NCBI GenBank assembly: GCA_963815215.1
Contig: CAWFFU010000004.1
Location: 96,001-160,000, forward strand
DNA length: 64,000 nt
Direction of reading: 5' to 3'
DNA from: an uncultured Trueperaceae bacterium
GTDB lineage: Bacteria > Deinococcota > Deinococci > Deinococcales > Trueperaceae
Made by a program: the position numbers and the translations under genes. The notes beneath the pieces were generated by a model that searched no databases, was not told where the DNA came from, and saw only the letters and a list, made by a program, of their open reading frames with translations. Shown here piece after piece: positions 53,722-64,000 of this stretch (its first letter is position 1; each line of letters opens with the position of its first letter).

Positions 53722-55212
53722 GTGGCAGCGGAGCGACTGCGTAGCGATTCGGGCGAGCGCCGCACATCCGCCTCCGGCGGGCAGCCCCGGCTGGGCGAGT
53801 TCGGGTGCTACGTGGCCGGGCAGTGGGTCCGCACGGGTGATCGGCTGGAGGTCCTGAGCCCCTTCGACGGCAGCCTGGTGGCGGTCGTACATCGTGCCGG
53901 CCCGGAGCAGATCGAGGCGGCCATCGCGCAGGCCACGGCGGCGTTCCAGGCCACCCGCCACATGCCGGTGTGGAAGCGGTCGGAGGCGCTGGAGGCCATC
54001 AGCGCCGGCATCCGCGAGCGCCGCGAGGACCTCGCCCAGACCATCGCGCTGGAGGCCGGCAAGCCGGTCTCGGCGGCGCGCGGCGAGGTCGACCGCGCGG
54101 CCTTCACCTTCAAGGTGGCGGCCGAGGAGGCCAAGCGCATCTACGGCGAGATCGTTCCTCTCGACTGGATCCCCGGCCTGGAGGGGCGCGAGGCGCAGGT
54201 CCGTCACGTCCCGCTGGGACCGGTGGCGGGCATCAGCCCCTTCAACTACCCACTGAACCTGGTCGCCCACAAGGTCGCGCCGGCGTTGGCCGCCGGCGAC
54301 GCCATCGTGCTGCGCCCTGCCAGCCAGACGCCCTTGAGCGCGTTGAAGCTGGCCGCCATCGTGCAGGAGTCCGGCTTCCCGGAGGGCGCCTTCAGCGTGG
54401 TCCCCAGCCGCACGGCCGACGCCGCGCCGCTCGTCGAGGACGAGCGCATCCGTTTGCTGACCTTCACCGGCAGCCCGGCGGTCGGCTGGTCGCTCAAGGG
54501 ACGGGCCGGCCGCAAGCGCGTCACGCTGGAGCTCGGCGGCAACGCCGGGGTCATCGTCCACAAGGACGCCGACCTGGCATTCGCGGCCGAGCGCGTGATC
54601 TGGGGCGGCTTCCAGTACTCGGGCCAGTCGTGCGTATCGGTGCAGCGCGTCTACGTGCACGAGGACGTCTACGACGCCTTCCGCGAGGCGTTGGTGCCAC
54701 AGGTCGAGGCGCTGAGGGTGGGTGATCCACTCGACGACGCCACCGACGTGGGTCCGGTCATCGATGCCGATGCCGCCGAGCGGATCGAGGCGTGGGTGGC
54801 CGAGGCCATCGAAGGCGGAGCGCGCCTGCTCGCCGGCGGCACCCGACGGGGCAACCTGTGGCCGCCCACGCTGCTCGAGGCCATCACGCCCTCGATGAAG
54901 GTGTGCAACCAGGAGGTCTTCGCGCCCATGATCGGGCTGTACCGCTACGCCGACGTGCTCGAGGCGATCGACGCCGTCGACGCCAGCGACTTCGGCCTGC
55001 AGGCGGGCCTGTTCACCAACGACACGCGCGTCATCCGCGAGGCCTTCGACCGCATCGAGGTCGGAGGGCTCAACATCAACGACGTCTCCACCTTCCGTGT
55101 CGATCACATGCCGTACGGCGGCGTGAAGCAGTCGGGCGCGGGACGCGAGGGGCTGCGTTACGCCATCCAGGAGATGAGCGAGATGAAGCTGCTGACGCTC
55201 AACCCCCGGTAA
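53722..55212 (+). CDS. Aldehyde dehydrogenase
   Basis: SPFNYPLNL, FTGS, LELGGNA, GQSCVS, EVFAP and MPYGGVK.SG.GREG. Confidence 0.94.
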   Translation: MAAERLRSDSGERRTSASGGQPRLGEFGCYVAGQWVRTGDRLEVLSPFDGSLVAVVHRAGPEQIEAAIAQATAAFQATRHMPVWKRSEALEAISAGIRERREDLAQTIALEAGKPVSAARGEVDRAAFTFKVAAEEAKRIYGEIVPLDWIPGLEGREAQVRHVPLGPVAGISPFNYPLNLVAHKVAPALAAGDAIVLRPASQTPLSALKLAAIVQESGFPEGAFSVVPSRTADAAPLVEDERIRLLTFTGSPAVGWSLKGRAGRKRVTLELGGNAGVIVHKDADLAFAAERVIWGGFQYSGQSCVSVQRVYVHEDVYDAFREALVPQVEALRVGDPLDDATDVGPVIDADAAERIEAWVAEAIEGGARLLAGGTRRGNLWPPTLLEAITPSMKVCNQEVFAPMIGLYRYADVLEAIDAVDASDFGLQAGLFTNDTRVIREAFDRIEVGGLNINDVSTFRVDHMPYGGVKQSGAGREGLRYAIQEMSEMKLLTLNPR

Positions 55213-55354
55213 CCGGGGTCGAGCCGTTCATGCCACGCCGCATCCCCGGAGGGAGGTGACCGCGACCACCTGAGCGAACCGTACGCCGAGGGGCACGGAT
55301 GGATCGAGACAGCCGAGGATCCGACCGGAAGACGCAGGACCTGGAGGTAGTGAG

Positions 55355-56545
55355 ATGTTCAAGAGACTTGCACTCGTGATCGCGGCGAGCGTGTTCGCCG
55401 TGACCGGGCTCGCCATGGCGCAGGGTCCCATCAAGATCGGGATCTCGCTCCCCCTGACGGGCATGTTCTCGCAGCCGGGCGGAGCTGCGCAGAAGGGCTA
55501 CAAGGTCTGGCAGAAGATCATCAACGACAACGGCGGGCTGCTGGGACGCCAGGTGGACCTCGTCATCAAGGACGACGCCAGCGACCAGAACAGCATCGTG
55601 TCGGACTACAACCGACTGATCACGCAGGACAAGGTCGACCTCGTGCTCGGCACCTTCTCGTCGCTTCTCAACCTGCCGGCCTCGGCGGTCGCCGAGAAGT
55701 ACCACATGGTGTACGTCGAGCCCGCCGGTGGCGCGCCCAAGATGTTCGAGCGCGGCTTCCAGTACCTGTTCTTCGCGCAGCAGGCGACGGCTACGCATCA
55801 GGGCGACCAGTTCGTGAAGTGGGTGCTCTCGCTGCCGGCCGATCAGCGACCGAAGACGGCCGCCTACCCCACCCAGGACGACCCCTTCACCAAGCCGGTC
55901 ATCGAGGGGATCCGCGCGCAGCTCGAGGCGGCCGGGATCAAGACCGTCTACCAGACGACCTACCCGCCCGACACCTCGAACTTCGACACCATCGCCAGCG
56001 CCATCAAGAACAGCGGCGCGGACCTGGTCGCCGAGGGTGCGGTCTTCCAGGACGGCGTCAGCATCATCCGCTCGTTCCAGAAGCTGGGCTACAGCCCCAA
56101 GGTGCTGTTCGAGACGTCGGCGCCCTCCGAGAGCGAGCAGTTCGCCAGCGGCATCGGTGCGGCCAACACCGAGGGCATCTTCTACGCGGTGAGCTGGCAC
56201 CAGGATCTCACGACGCCGATGAACAAGCAGTTCGTCGACACCTACCAGCAGATGTACGGGGCGGACCAGATCCCTGCCGAGGACGCCGCCGACGCGTTCG
56301 CTTCGGCGCAGGTGCTGCAGACGGCGGTCACCGCGGTCGGCTCCCTCGACCAGACCAAGATCAAGGACTACCTGCACGCCAACACCGTCCCGACCATCCT
56401 CGGACCGCTGTCCTGGGACAAGACGGGCGCTCCGCAGTCCAACTTCCTGCTCGCCCAGTGGCAGAAGGGCAAGGCGGAGATCGTGCTGCCGCGCGACGTC
56501 GCGACGTCGCCGACGATCACCTTCCCGAAGCCTGGGTGGAAGTAG
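55355..56545 (+). CDS. Liv-type ABC transporter substrate-binding protein
   Basis: Signal peptide, PIKIG.SLPLTG, GGLLGRQV.L...DD.S and D.VLG.FSS. Confidence 0.9.
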   Translation: MFKRLALVIAASVFAVTGLAMAQGPIKIGISLPLTGMFSQPGGAAQKGYKVWQKIINDNGGLLGRQVDLVIKDDASDQNSIVSDYNRLITQDKVDLVLGTFSSLLNLPASAVAEKYHMVYVEPAGGAPKMFERGFQYLFFAQQATATHQGDQFVKWVLSLPADQRPKTAAYPTQDDPFTKPVIEGIRAQLEAAGIKTVYQTTYPPDTSNFDTIASAIKNSGADLVAEGAVFQDGVSIIRSFQKLGYSPKVLFETSAPSESEQFASGIGAANTEGIFYAVSWHQDLTTPMNKQFVDTYQQMYGADQIPAEDAADAFASAQVLQTAVTAVGSLDQTKIKDYLHANTVPTILGPLSWDKTGAPQSNFLLAQWQKGKAEIVLPRDVATSPTITFPKPGWK

Positions 56546-56560
56546 GCCTCTCGCATATGC

Positions 56561-56595
56561 GCGGAAGGGGCCCCCGCAGGGGGGCCCCGCTCCGC
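56561..56595 (+). other. Intra-operon GC hairpin after the binding-protein gene (mRNA stabiliser / partial terminator)
   Basis: GGGGCCCCC-loop-GGGGGCCCC flanked by GCGGA/TCCGC. Confidence 0.5.
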
Positions 56596-56660
56596 CTCAG
56601 GACCCCGCCGGCGGGGCGCGTCCTGGTGGACGTCCCCAGCGCCGGCGCACGAGGAGTTCC

Positions 56661-57542
56661 ATGACGCTGTTGGTCCAGACGATCTTCCTGGGGTTGCTCA
56701 TCGGGGGGGTCTACGCCCTGTTCGCGTCCGGTCTCACGCTGGTCTTCGGGGTCATGGGGATCGTCAACGTGGCGCACCCCGCGTTCCTGGTGCTGGCCGG
56801 CCTCTTCACCTACGAGCTGTGGTCCCGTCTGGGGGTGGACCCGCTCCTCCTCACGCTGGTCACCACGCCGGTGATGTTCGCGCTCGGATGGCTGGTCTAC
56901 AAGGGACTCATCGCGCGGGTGCGTTCGGGACCGGTCTCGATGTCGGTCGTGCTGACCTTCGGCCTCGCCATCGCGCTCGAAGGCGCCATGGGGATGACCT
57001 GGAAGAACGTCTTCCGTTCGGTCACGCCCCCCTATTTCAACCAATCGTTCCACCTCGGGGCACTGGTGTTTCCCAAGGCCCAGGTCTTCGGTTGCATCGC
57101 CGCCGTGGTGGTCCTGCTGCTGCTCTATCTGCTGCTCACCAAGACCTGGATCGGGCGCGCCATCCGCGGCGCGTCGGAGAACCCCGAGGGGGCGCACCTC
57201 GTCGGCATCGACATCGGTGCGGTGGCGGCGCTGACGTTCGCCATCGGCGCCGCCACCGCCGGCGTGGGCGGATCGGTCATGTCGATCCTCTACCCGATCT
57301 TCCCGGCCTCCCAGTACGTATGGATCTCCCGCACCCTCGGCATCATCGTGCTGGGCGGCATGGGGAGCCTGCCCGGGGCCGTGTTGGGGGCGCTGATCCT
57401 GGGCGCCGCCGAGACCCTGACCGCCACCTACATCTCCACGCAGTGGGCGGTGGTGGTCTTCTACCTCGTCATCCTGGTGGTGCTCATGGTGCGCCCGGAG
57501 GGCCTGATGGGCGCCCGCGTGCGGAAGGACGTGGTGGCGTGA
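56661..57542 (+). CDS. Liv-type ABC permease (LivH-like)
   Basis: GG.YAL.A.GLTLVFG, VN.AH, GRAIR, LGGMGS..G and RP.GL.G. Confidence 0.92.
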   Translation: MTLLVQTIFLGLLIGGVYALFASGLTLVFGVMGIVNVAHPAFLVLAGLFTYELWSRLGVDPLLLTLVTTPVMFALGWLVYKGLIARVRSGPVSMSVVLTFGLAIALEGAMGMTWKNVFRSVTPPYFNQSFHLGALVFPKAQVFGCIAAVVVLLLLYLLLTKTWIGRAIRGASENPEGAHLVGIDIGAVAALTFAIGAATAGVGGSVMSILYPIFPASQYVWISRTLGIIVLGGMGSLPGAVLGALILGAAETLTATYISTQWAVVVFYLVILVVLMVRPEGLMGARVRKDVVA

Positions 57543-59401
57543 CCGCGAACCCCCGAGCCGCCGCGCCGCGCCGGTCGTTCCTCACCTGGCGCAACGTGGC
57601 GCTCGCGCTCGCCGGGGCGGCGCTGGTCGCCTTCCCGCTGGTCCGGCCCGGTGACCAGTACTACCAGACCGTCCTCATCCTGATCTTCGTGCTCGGGGTG
57701 ATGGCGACCGGTTGGAACGTGATCGCCGGCTTCACCGGCTACATCTCGCTGGGCCAGAGCGCCTTCCTGGGGCTGGGCGCGTATACCGTCGGTCTGCTCA
57801 CGCGGGTCGTGCACGTCTCGCCTTTCGTGCTGGCGCCGCTGGGCGGCATCGTGGCGGCGGTGGTGGCGGCGCTGCTGGGCTCCACCATCATGCGTACCCG
57901 CGAGCACGCCTACGTGATCATCACCATCGCCTTCCTGTTCCTGATGCAGGCCATCGGTCTGAACGCGCCCGGTCTCACCGGCGGTTCGGACGGCATCACG
58001 CTCCCGCTCCCTTCATGGGGTCTCGGCATCGGCAACATGCCGTTCTATTACGCGCTGTTCGGGCTCATGCTGTTGTCGGTCCTGATGACGTGGTGGATCC
58101 GCCGGACCAAGTTCGGGATGGGCCTGATCGCCATCCGCGAGGACGAGGACAAGGCGGCCGCCATCGGCGTGCGGACCAGCGTCTACAAGATCCTCGCCAC
58201 CGTTGCCAGCGGCGTGCTCATCGGCGTGGCCGGCGGGGTGTACGCGTACTTCCTGACGTTCATCGACCCGCGCGGCATGTTCGCCATCCTGGTGAGCGTC
58301 CAGATCGTGCTGGCGACGTTGTTGGGCGGCCTCGGAACGATCTGGGGTCCCGTGCTCGGCGCCTTCCTGGTCGTGCCCATGAACGAGGTGACCAACAACG
58401 TCATGGCGGCACAGGGCGTGCACCTGTTCGTGTTCGGCCTGGTACTGATGGCGGTGGTGATGTTCCTGCCGCGCGGGCTCATCCCGACCCTCCGTGGCTG
58501 GGTCGAGAGCCGACGCAAGTCCACTGTCGCCTTCGAACGGCGGCAGAGCGTGCCGAGCGTGCTCGAGCTCAGCACGCCGCCGATGGCGGTGGGGCGGGAC
58601 CGCGGGTCGCCGCGGGCAGCCGGTGAAGGTCCGCCGCTGTTGCAGGTCGACGGGCTGGTGAAGCGCTTCGGCGGCATCACCGCTGTCGACGGGTGCTCGT
58701 TCAAGGTGGCAGACGGCAGCCTTACCGGCCTCATCGGCCCCAACGGCTCGGGCAAGACCACGGTGTTCAATCTCGTCAGCGGGATGATGCGTGCCAACGA
58801 GGGCGTCATCCGGCTCGCCGGCGAACGCATCGACGCGCTGCAACCCTGGGACCGGGCGTACCGCGGGCTGGGGCGCACCTTCCAGAGCACCCGGCTGTTC
58901 CCCAAGCTGACCGTGATGGAGAACGTGGTGGCGCCCCTCAAGCGCTTCGACTGGTCGCTGCTCCCGGCCGACGCCGTGAGCGGGCGCGAGGCCAAGCGGG
59001 GGCTCGAGCTCCTCGACTTCGTGGGGCTGGCCGACTTCGGGCAGCAGCCGGCGTGGCAGCTCTCCTTCGGGCAGAAGAAGCTGGTCGAGCTGGCGCAACT
59101 CCTCATGCTCGAGCCCCGCCTGATCCTGCTCGACGAGCCGGCCGGCGGCATCAACCCCGGCCTGATCGAGCGCATCTCGGACACCATCCGCGCCCTCAAC
59201 AAGCAGGGCCTCACCTTCGTGATCGTGGAGCACAACATGCCGATGGTCCTCGACCTGTGCGATTCGATGCTGGTGATGGCGCGCGGCAGCGTGATCGCCG
59301 AGGGCAGTCCCGACGAGATCCAGAGCAACCCGGTGGTGCTCGACGCCTACCTGGGCGAGGACTGGAACCGCGAGGCCGAGCTCGAGGAGGCGAGGGCCTG
59401 A
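57539..59401 (+). CDS. Fused Liv-type permease (LivM-like) + ATPase (LivG-like)
   Basis: WN...G.TGY.SLGQ.AF, AIREDE and LGG.GT, then [22 protein letters not shown] and VEHN. The GTG overlaps the upstream TGA. Confidence 0.9.
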   Translation: MTANPRAAAPRRSFLTWRNVALALAGAALVAFPLVRPGDQYYQTVLILIFVLGVMATGWNVIAGFTGYISLGQSAFLGLGAYTVGLLTRVVHVSPFVLAPLGGIVAAVVAALLGSTIMRTREHAYVIITIAFLFLMQAIGLNAPGLTGGSDGITLPLPSWGLGIGNMPFYYALFGLMLLSVLMTWWIRRTKFGMGLIAIREDEDKAAAIGVRTSVYKILATVASGVLIGVAGGVYAYFLTFIDPRGMFAILVSVQIVLATLLGGLGTIWGPVLGAFLVVPMNEVTNNVMAAQGVHLFVFGLVLMAVVMFLPRGLIPTLRGWVESRRKSTVAFERRQSVPSVLELSTPPMAVGRDRGSPRAAGEGPPLLQVDGLVKRFGGITAVDGCSFKVADGSLTGLIGPNGSGKTTVFNLVSGMMRANEGVIRLAGERIDALQPWDRAYRGLGRTFQSTRLFPKLTVMENVVAPLKRFDWSLLPADAVSGREAKRGLELLDFVGLADFGQQPAWQLSFGQKKLVELAQLLMLEPRLILLDEPAGGINPGLIERISDTIRALNKQGLTFVIVEHNMPMVLDLCDSMLVMARGSVIAEGSPDEIQSNPVVLDAYLGEDWNREAELEEARA

Positions 59402-60135
59402 TGGCGGCCGTCCTCGAGTTGGCGGGCGTGGTGTCGGGCTACCACGGAGCTCGCGTCCTGCAGGGCGTCGACCTGGCGCTCGAGTCCGGCGCCATCACCT
59501 GCGTGGTGGGGCCGAACGGCGCAGGCAAGTCGACGCTGCTCAAGACGATCAGCGGCGTGTGCCGGGCACTCGAGGGGACCGTCCTGCTGAACGGCTCGGA
59601 CATGCTCTCGACGCTGTCGCCCAGCCAGATCCTGGCGCTCGGCGTGGTCCAGGTGCCGCAGCAGAACGCCCTGTTCCCCAGCCTCACCGTCAAGGACAAC
59701 GTGCTGATGGGCGCCTACATCCTGCGGGGCAAGCCGGGGCTGGTACGCAAGCGTTACCGCGAGGTCGAGGAGCTCATCCCGCTGGTGCACGACCGCGCCT
59801 CGGACAAGGCGGGCAACCTGTCGGGCGGGCAGCGGCGTGCCGTCGAGTTCGCGCGCAGTCTCATGCTCGACCCCAGCCTGGTGCTGCTCGACGAGCCCTC
59901 GCTGGGCCTCGACCGCAAGAGCCTCAAGCAGGTGTGGGACCTCATCGCCGGCATGCGCGACCGCGGCCGCACCATCCTGCTGGTGGAGCAGAACGTCCGG
60001 CTGGGCCTGGGCTCGGCCGACTACGGGGTGGTGTTGGAGGGCGGCCGCGTGCGCCTCAACGGCCCCGCGCGGGAGGTCCTCGAGCATCCCGAGATCGCCG
60101 ACCTCTACCTCGGCGGCACCGTCCGAGATGCCTGA
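59401..60135 (+). CDS. Liv-type ABC ATPase (LivF-like)
   Basis: [28 protein letters not shown] and YLGG. Confidence 0.92.
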   Translation: MAAVLELAGVVSGYHGARVLQGVDLALESGAITCVVGPNGAGKSTLLKTISGVCRALEGTVLLNGSDMLSTLSPSQILALGVVQVPQQNALFPSLTVKDNVLMGAYILRGKPGLVRKRYREVEELIPLVHDRASDKAGNLSGGQRRAVEFARSLMLDPSLVLLDEPSLGLDRKSLKQVWDLIAGMRDRGRTILLVEQNVRLGLGSADYGVVLEGGRVRLNGPAREVLEHPEIADLYLGGTVRDA

Positions 60136-60222
60136 ACGCCGGCCGCGCCACGCCGGTCGGCGTCGCCTCCCGCGGCGCCCGGCCGCCTGGGGGCGGAGGC
60201 CGCTCGCCGGGAGGCGGCAACG

Positions 60223-61155
60223 GTGACCGGTGTGCTGTGGGCGGCCCTCGCGGGCGTGGCCTACGGGGTGTTCCAGGCGGTGAATCGTGGCACGCTCGTC
60301 GACATGGGCGTGCTGGAGTCGACGTTCATCCAGCTGCTGGTCAGCTCGCTACTGCTCGTACCCCTGGTGCTGGGACTGCGCGGCGTGGCGCTGGCGCAGA
60401 TCCCGGGCGCCGCCGTGCTGTACTTCGGCCTGGCCGGGATCGTCCACTTCCTGGGCGGCTGGACGCTGCTCAACCACAGCCAGAAGCTGCTCGGTGCGGC
60501 CCGTACCAGCCCGCTGCTGGCGTCGGTGCCGCTGTTCGGCACGGCCCTGGCGCTCGTCGTCCTGCGCGAAGTGCCGAGCCTCGCCGCCATGGCGGGCATG
60601 ACGACCATCGTCGTGGGCGTCTACGTGGTGCAGCTCGACCGGGCGCGTCGCCAGGCGCGCGCGGCGGCGGCCGGCGGGCCGGCGGCCGGCGGCGGCTGGA
60701 AACGGGCGCTGGCGTCGTCGCGCTTCGGGCTGGGAGCGGCGCTGTGCTGGTCGATCAGCCCGCTGTTCATCCGGCGCGGGCTGGACGCCATGGACGCGCC
60801 CATGGTGGGGGTCACGCTCGGGTTGGTCGCTGCCACGCTGGCCTATGGGGGGATCCTCGCCGTTCGCCGCCGCGCCCCGTGGCGCGGCGTGCCGGCTCGC
60901 GCCATGAGCTGGAAGATCGTAGCCGGCGTGCTGGTGGGGTTCGCGACCTGGACCCGCTGGTACGCCTTGTCGCTCAACCCCGTGACGGTGGTGCTCAGCC
61001 TCGGGCTGCTCTCCGTGCCCACCGTTATCGCTCTGGCCCCGCTGTTGGCGGGCCGCCACCTGGAGCAGGTGAGCCGCGCCGTGGTGCTGGGCTCGGCGCT
61101 GGTCGTGGTGGGTGCGCTGGTGCTGGTCGCGCCCGGTGTGAGGAGTTCGATGTGA
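60223..61155 (+). CDS. DMT/EamA family transporter
   Basis: About 10 TM segments in two repeats, with GAAR.SP and L.E motifs. Confidence 0.8.
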   Translation: MTGVLWAALAGVAYGVFQAVNRGTLVDMGVLESTFIQLLVSSLLLVPLVLGLRGVALAQIPGAAVLYFGLAGIVHFLGGWTLLNHSQKLLGAARTSPLLASVPLFGTALALVVLREVPSLAAMAGMTTIVVGVYVVQLDRARRQARAAAAGGPAAGGGWKRALASSRFGLGAALCWSISPLFIRRGLDAMDAPMVGVTLGLVAATLAYGGILAVRRRAPWRGVPARAMSWKIVAGVLVGFATWTRWYALSLNPVTVVLSLGLLSVPTVIALAPLLAGRHLEQVSRAVVLGSALVVVGALVLVAPGVRSSM

Positions 61156-62159
61156 ACGTAGACGTCCATTGCCATGCCATCGTCCCGGAGATGTTGCGAG
61201 GGGCGGCTGGTGACGAGCCCTGGCGACCGTCGGTCACATGGGAGGACGGCGCCCAGGTGGTGGCCTACCGCGGTAAGCGCATCCGCTCCGCAGTGCGCGA
61301 GTTCGTGCGGGTCGACCGCATGCTGGAGGAGGCGGCGGAGGAGGGCGTCGACCACGTGGTGCTCTCACCGTGGGTCAACTTGCTCCCCTTGGGCCTCGCG
61401 GTCGACGAGGCGCTGGAGGTGTGCGGTCTGCAGAACGAAGCGCTGTCCAGCGCGGCCCGCGCCCATCCGGGCCGGGTGAGCGGGCTCGGCGCCGTGCCGA
61501 TGCAGGATCCGGAACGTGCCGCCGAGGAGCTGGAGCGCGTCATGGCGCTTCCCGGCATGCTGGGTGTGGAGACCAGCGCCAGCGTGCAGGGCGCCTACCT
61601 CGGCGACGATCGCTTCCTCCCCTTCTGGGAGGCCGCCGAGCGCCTCGGTGCGCTGGTGTTCGTCCACCCGACCACCAAGGGTTTCGGGCTGCCGGTGTTC
61701 GAGGACTACTACATGTGGAACACGGTCGCCAACCCCATGGAGACCGCGGTCACGGCCGCGCACATGGTGATGGCCGGAGTGATGGAGCGCCATCCGGAGC
61801 TGCGGGTGCTGCTCGCGCACGGCGGCGGTGCGCTCCTGGCTCTGCGCGGCCGGCTGCGCCACGCCGCGTCCTTCCAGCCGCAGGCACGATCGCGGTTGCA
61901 GGGCGCCTTCGACGATTCGCTGCGACGCTTCTACTACGACACCGTCACCTTCGACGGCGACCTGCTCCGTTCGCTCGTCGACTACGTCGGACACGAGCGC
62001 GTGCTGCTCGGGACCGACCGGCCCTTCGACATGGGGACCACCCGCTCGGTTCAGGAGGTGCGCGCGCTGCAGCTCCCCGAGGCGCAGGAGCAGGCCCTGC
62101 TGGGGAGCAACGCCGAGCGGCTGTTCGGGTTGTCCGCCTCCGTGCGGGCGGCGGGCTGA
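61152..62159 (+). CDS. Amidohydrolase_2 family protein (ACMSD-like decarboxylase/hydratase)
   Basis: DVHCH, VPMQDP, FVHP, NP.ET, AHGGG and GTD.PFDM. Confidence 0.88.
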   Translation: MNVDVHCHAIVPEMLRGAAGDEPWRPSVTWEDGAQVVAYRGKRIRSAVREFVRVDRMLEEAAEEGVDHVVLSPWVNLLPLGLAVDEALEVCGLQNEALSSAARAHPGRVSGLGAVPMQDPERAAEELERVMALPGMLGVETSASVQGAYLGDDRFLPFWEAAERLGALVFVHPTTKGFGLPVFEDYYMWNTVANPMETAVTAAHMVMAGVMERHPELRVLLAHGGGALLALRGRLRHAASFQPQARSRLQGAFDDSLRRFYYDTVTFDGDLLRSLVDYVGHERVLLGTDRPFDMGTTRSVQEVRALQLPEAQEQALLGSNAERLFGLSASVRAAG

Positions 62160-62199
62160 TGATGGGCCTCGATCGCTCCTGGGAACGCACGGTGCCGGC

Positions 62200-63780
62200 A
62201 TGAGCGAGGCCTTCGACGTCGTCGTCGCCGGGGCCGGACACAACAGTCTGGTCACCGCCGCCTACCTCAGCAAGGCGGGCTTTCGCTGCCTGGTGCTGGA
62301 GTCCCGCGACGAGGTGGGGGGCGACACCAACACCGAGGCGCTCACCCTGCCCGGCTTCCGCCACGACGCCTGCTCGACGGCGCATACGTTGCTGCAGAGC
62401 AGCCCGCTGCTGCAGGGTGACGAGCTGGGCCTCGAGCGCTACGGGCTCAGCTACCTCCACCCCGACCCGGTGGTGCACGTCCCCTTCCCGGACGGCACCT
62501 CGATCACGCAGTGGCGCGACCCGGAACGCACGGCCGCGGAGCTGGCGCGTTTCTCCGAGCGCGACGCGGCCGCCTATCTGCGGGCGCTGGCCGAGTACGA
62601 GGAGGTGGCCCCGGTGTTCGGAAGCCACCGCTACACCCCCATCGGCTGGGGGCCGACGCTGGCCGAGCGGCTGGCCGAGCACCCGCACGGCAACCGCTGG
62701 CTGCGCCGCCAGGCCATGAGCGCGCACGAGATCATCGAGGACACCTACGAGAGCGAGCCGGTGCGGGCGTTCATGCTGTGGATGGCGTTCATGACGATGC
62801 AGCCGCCCGAGCGCCCGGGCACCGGGCGGCTGGCGTACTCGCTGGTGTACGGCCGTCAGAAGCACAGCTGGACGTTGCCCAGGGGCGGGTCCGGCTCGCT
62901 GCCGGCCGCGCTGGCGCGGCTGATCGAAGAGCGGGGCGGGGTCATCCTCACCGGCCGCCGCGTACACCGGCTGGTGCTCGAGCACGGGCGTTGCGTCGGC
63001 GTGGTCACCGAGGACGGGGAGGAGCACCGCGCGACGAAGGCCGTGCTCTCGACCGTCCACATCAAGCACCTCATCGACATGGCCCCGGCCGAGGCCTGGG
63101 GCGAGGACTTCCTCTACGGGGTGCGCACCTGGAAGGCGGGGGTGTCGATGTTCGTCACCCACTACGCCACCAGCGAGCCGCCGAAGTTCGCGGTGGAGGG
63201 CGGCACCCTGACGGCGTCGGCCAGCGGTACGCCGGGCTCGGTGGCGCGCATGCTGCGCGTCGCGCCCGAGTTCAGCCGCGGCACCGTGGCCGCCGACGAC
63301 CCGGTGCTGCTGGTGCTGTGCCAGACGGTGGCCGACCCCTCGCGCGCGCCGGAGGGCAGGCACACCCTGAAGGTGGTGGGCTTCCAGCCCTACGAGTTGC
63401 CGGAGGGGCCGGAGCGCTGGGACGCGCTCGAGCAGGAGGTGTCGGAGGCCAACCTGGCGCAGCTCCGGCGCTACGCTCCCAATCTCACGGAGGACACCAT
63501 CCTGGCGCGCGTGATCGAGAGCCCGTTGGGGCTCGAGCGCTTCAACGAACACAACTGGCACGGCTCCTGCCACGGCGGCGACGCCTCGCCGGCGCAGTCC
63601 GGCGCGCTGCGCCCGGCGCCCGGCTGGGCGGGCCACCGCACCCCGATCGAGGGGCTCTACCAGACCGGCGCCACCACCCATCCCGGGGGGTCGGTGTCCG
63701 CCGGGCCGGGCCGCAACGCGGCCATGGTCATGCTCCGGGATCTCGGAACCAGCCTCGAGGAGGTCGTTCAGCGTGCCTGA
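62200..63780 (+). CDS. FAD-dependent oxidoreductase, phytoene desaturase (PYROXD2-like) family
   Basis: VVAGAGHNSL.AAYL, E....VGG, P.GG, and TPI.GLY.TGA.THPGG.V...GRNAA. Confidence 0.88.
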   Translation: MSEAFDVVVAGAGHNSLVTAAYLSKAGFRCLVLESRDEVGGDTNTEALTLPGFRHDACSTAHTLLQSSPLLQGDELGLERYGLSYLHPDPVVHVPFPDGTSITQWRDPERTAAELARFSERDAAAYLRALAEYEEVAPVFGSHRYTPIGWGPTLAERLAEHPHGNRWLRRQAMSAHEIIEDTYESEPVRAFMLWMAFMTMQPPERPGTGRLAYSLVYGRQKHSWTLPRGGSGSLPAALARLIEERGGVILTGRRVHRLVLEHGRCVGVVTEDGEEHRATKAVLSTVHIKHLIDMAPAEAWGEDFLYGVRTWKAGVSMFVTHYATSEPPKFAVEGGTLTASASGTPGSVARMLRVAPEFSRGTVAADDPVLLVLCQTVADPSRAPEGRHTLKVVGFQPYELPEGPERWDALEQEVSEANLAQLRRYAPNLTEDTILARVIESPLGLERFNEHNWHGSCHGGDASPAQSGALRPAPGWAGHRTPIEGLYQTGATTHPGGSVSAGPGRNAAMVMLRDLGTSLEEVVQRA

Positions 63781-64000
63781 CAAGAAGATCGAGTCCGCCA
63801 TCGCCAACTGGGCCCCGCGCTTCACTTCGCAGGGCGTCGACTACAACGACTTCGTGCGCGTCACCGCGGGTCTGGAGCGCTGGGAGGAGTGGCTCGACGC
63901 CTGGTGCGCCAACGGCGACGTCCACGCCGAGCTCGCCGGCCAGGCCGAGGAGCGGGGGCGCGCGCTGTCGGCCGGTGAGGCGTGGGTGCGGGCCGCGCTC
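63773..64000 (+). CDS. Alpha/beta hydrolase, 2,6-dihydroxypseudooxynicotine (DHPON) hydrolase-like, 3'-truncated by the window
   Basis: GTG start overlapping the upstream stop, with SD GAGGAGG. Reads MPDKKIESAIANWAPRFTSQGVDYNDF...W.EW..AW...G..H...A..AE..G...SAGEAW.RAAL. Not in the supplied ORF track. Confidence 0.7.
   Translation, partial: MPDKKIESAIANWAPRFTSQGVDYNDFVRVTAGLERWEEWLDAWCANGDVHAELAGQAEERGRALSAGEAWVRAAL

Noticed and set aside
62200..63780. Carotenoid biosynthesis gene crtI/crtO
   Set aside because: No crt genes nearby. The context is a catabolic uptake operon, so only the fold-level call is kept.

Overview
Very GC-rich bacterial chromosome segment, most likely Deinococcota (Truepera-like). 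This is inferred from Thermus-type ProRS and MetRS, a loop-deleted CC-adding-type tRNA nucleotidyltransferase and pervasive leaderless TANNNT-N5-8-start genes. Positions 1-39.7 kb are mostly core genes: fadJ, an FMN riboswitch with ribD-ribE-ribBA, an M29 aminopeptidase, recQ, metG, proS, ilvE, galE, ribH, an ExeM nuclease, coaE, tkt and bioY. Two unannotated uORF/terminator attenuator-like leaders lie in this stretch. One is a leaderless 13-aa uORF in front of metG. The other is a strong promoter plus a 54-aa uORF and terminator in front of two related micro-proteins at 15.6-16.6 kb. Positions ~39.8-46.8 kb form a more AT-rich accessory patch. It holds a candidate structured sRNA/micro-ORF with an extended Shine-Dalgarno and upstream direct repeats, a tRNA 3'-end-like fragment, YD-, Ig- and NHL-repeat surface proteins, a GNAT::Ig chimera, an Arr-like ADP-ribosyltransferase-fold protein and a carboxylesterase remnant. 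Positions 46.9-64 kb hold a divergent, GntR-controlled catabolic cluster of unknown substrate: E1alpha/E1beta, an E2 lacking its catalytic His, an atypical M24 enzyme, a hydroxyacid dehydrogenase, an ALDH, a Liv-type ABC importer, an ACMSD-like amidohydrolase, a phytoene-desaturase-fold oxidoreductase and a DHPON-hydrolase-like enzyme. Two or three single-base frameshifts may be sequencing errors. No CRISPR array, rRNA, intact tRNA, integrase or transposase was seen. All family calls come from motif recognition by eye; no database search was run.
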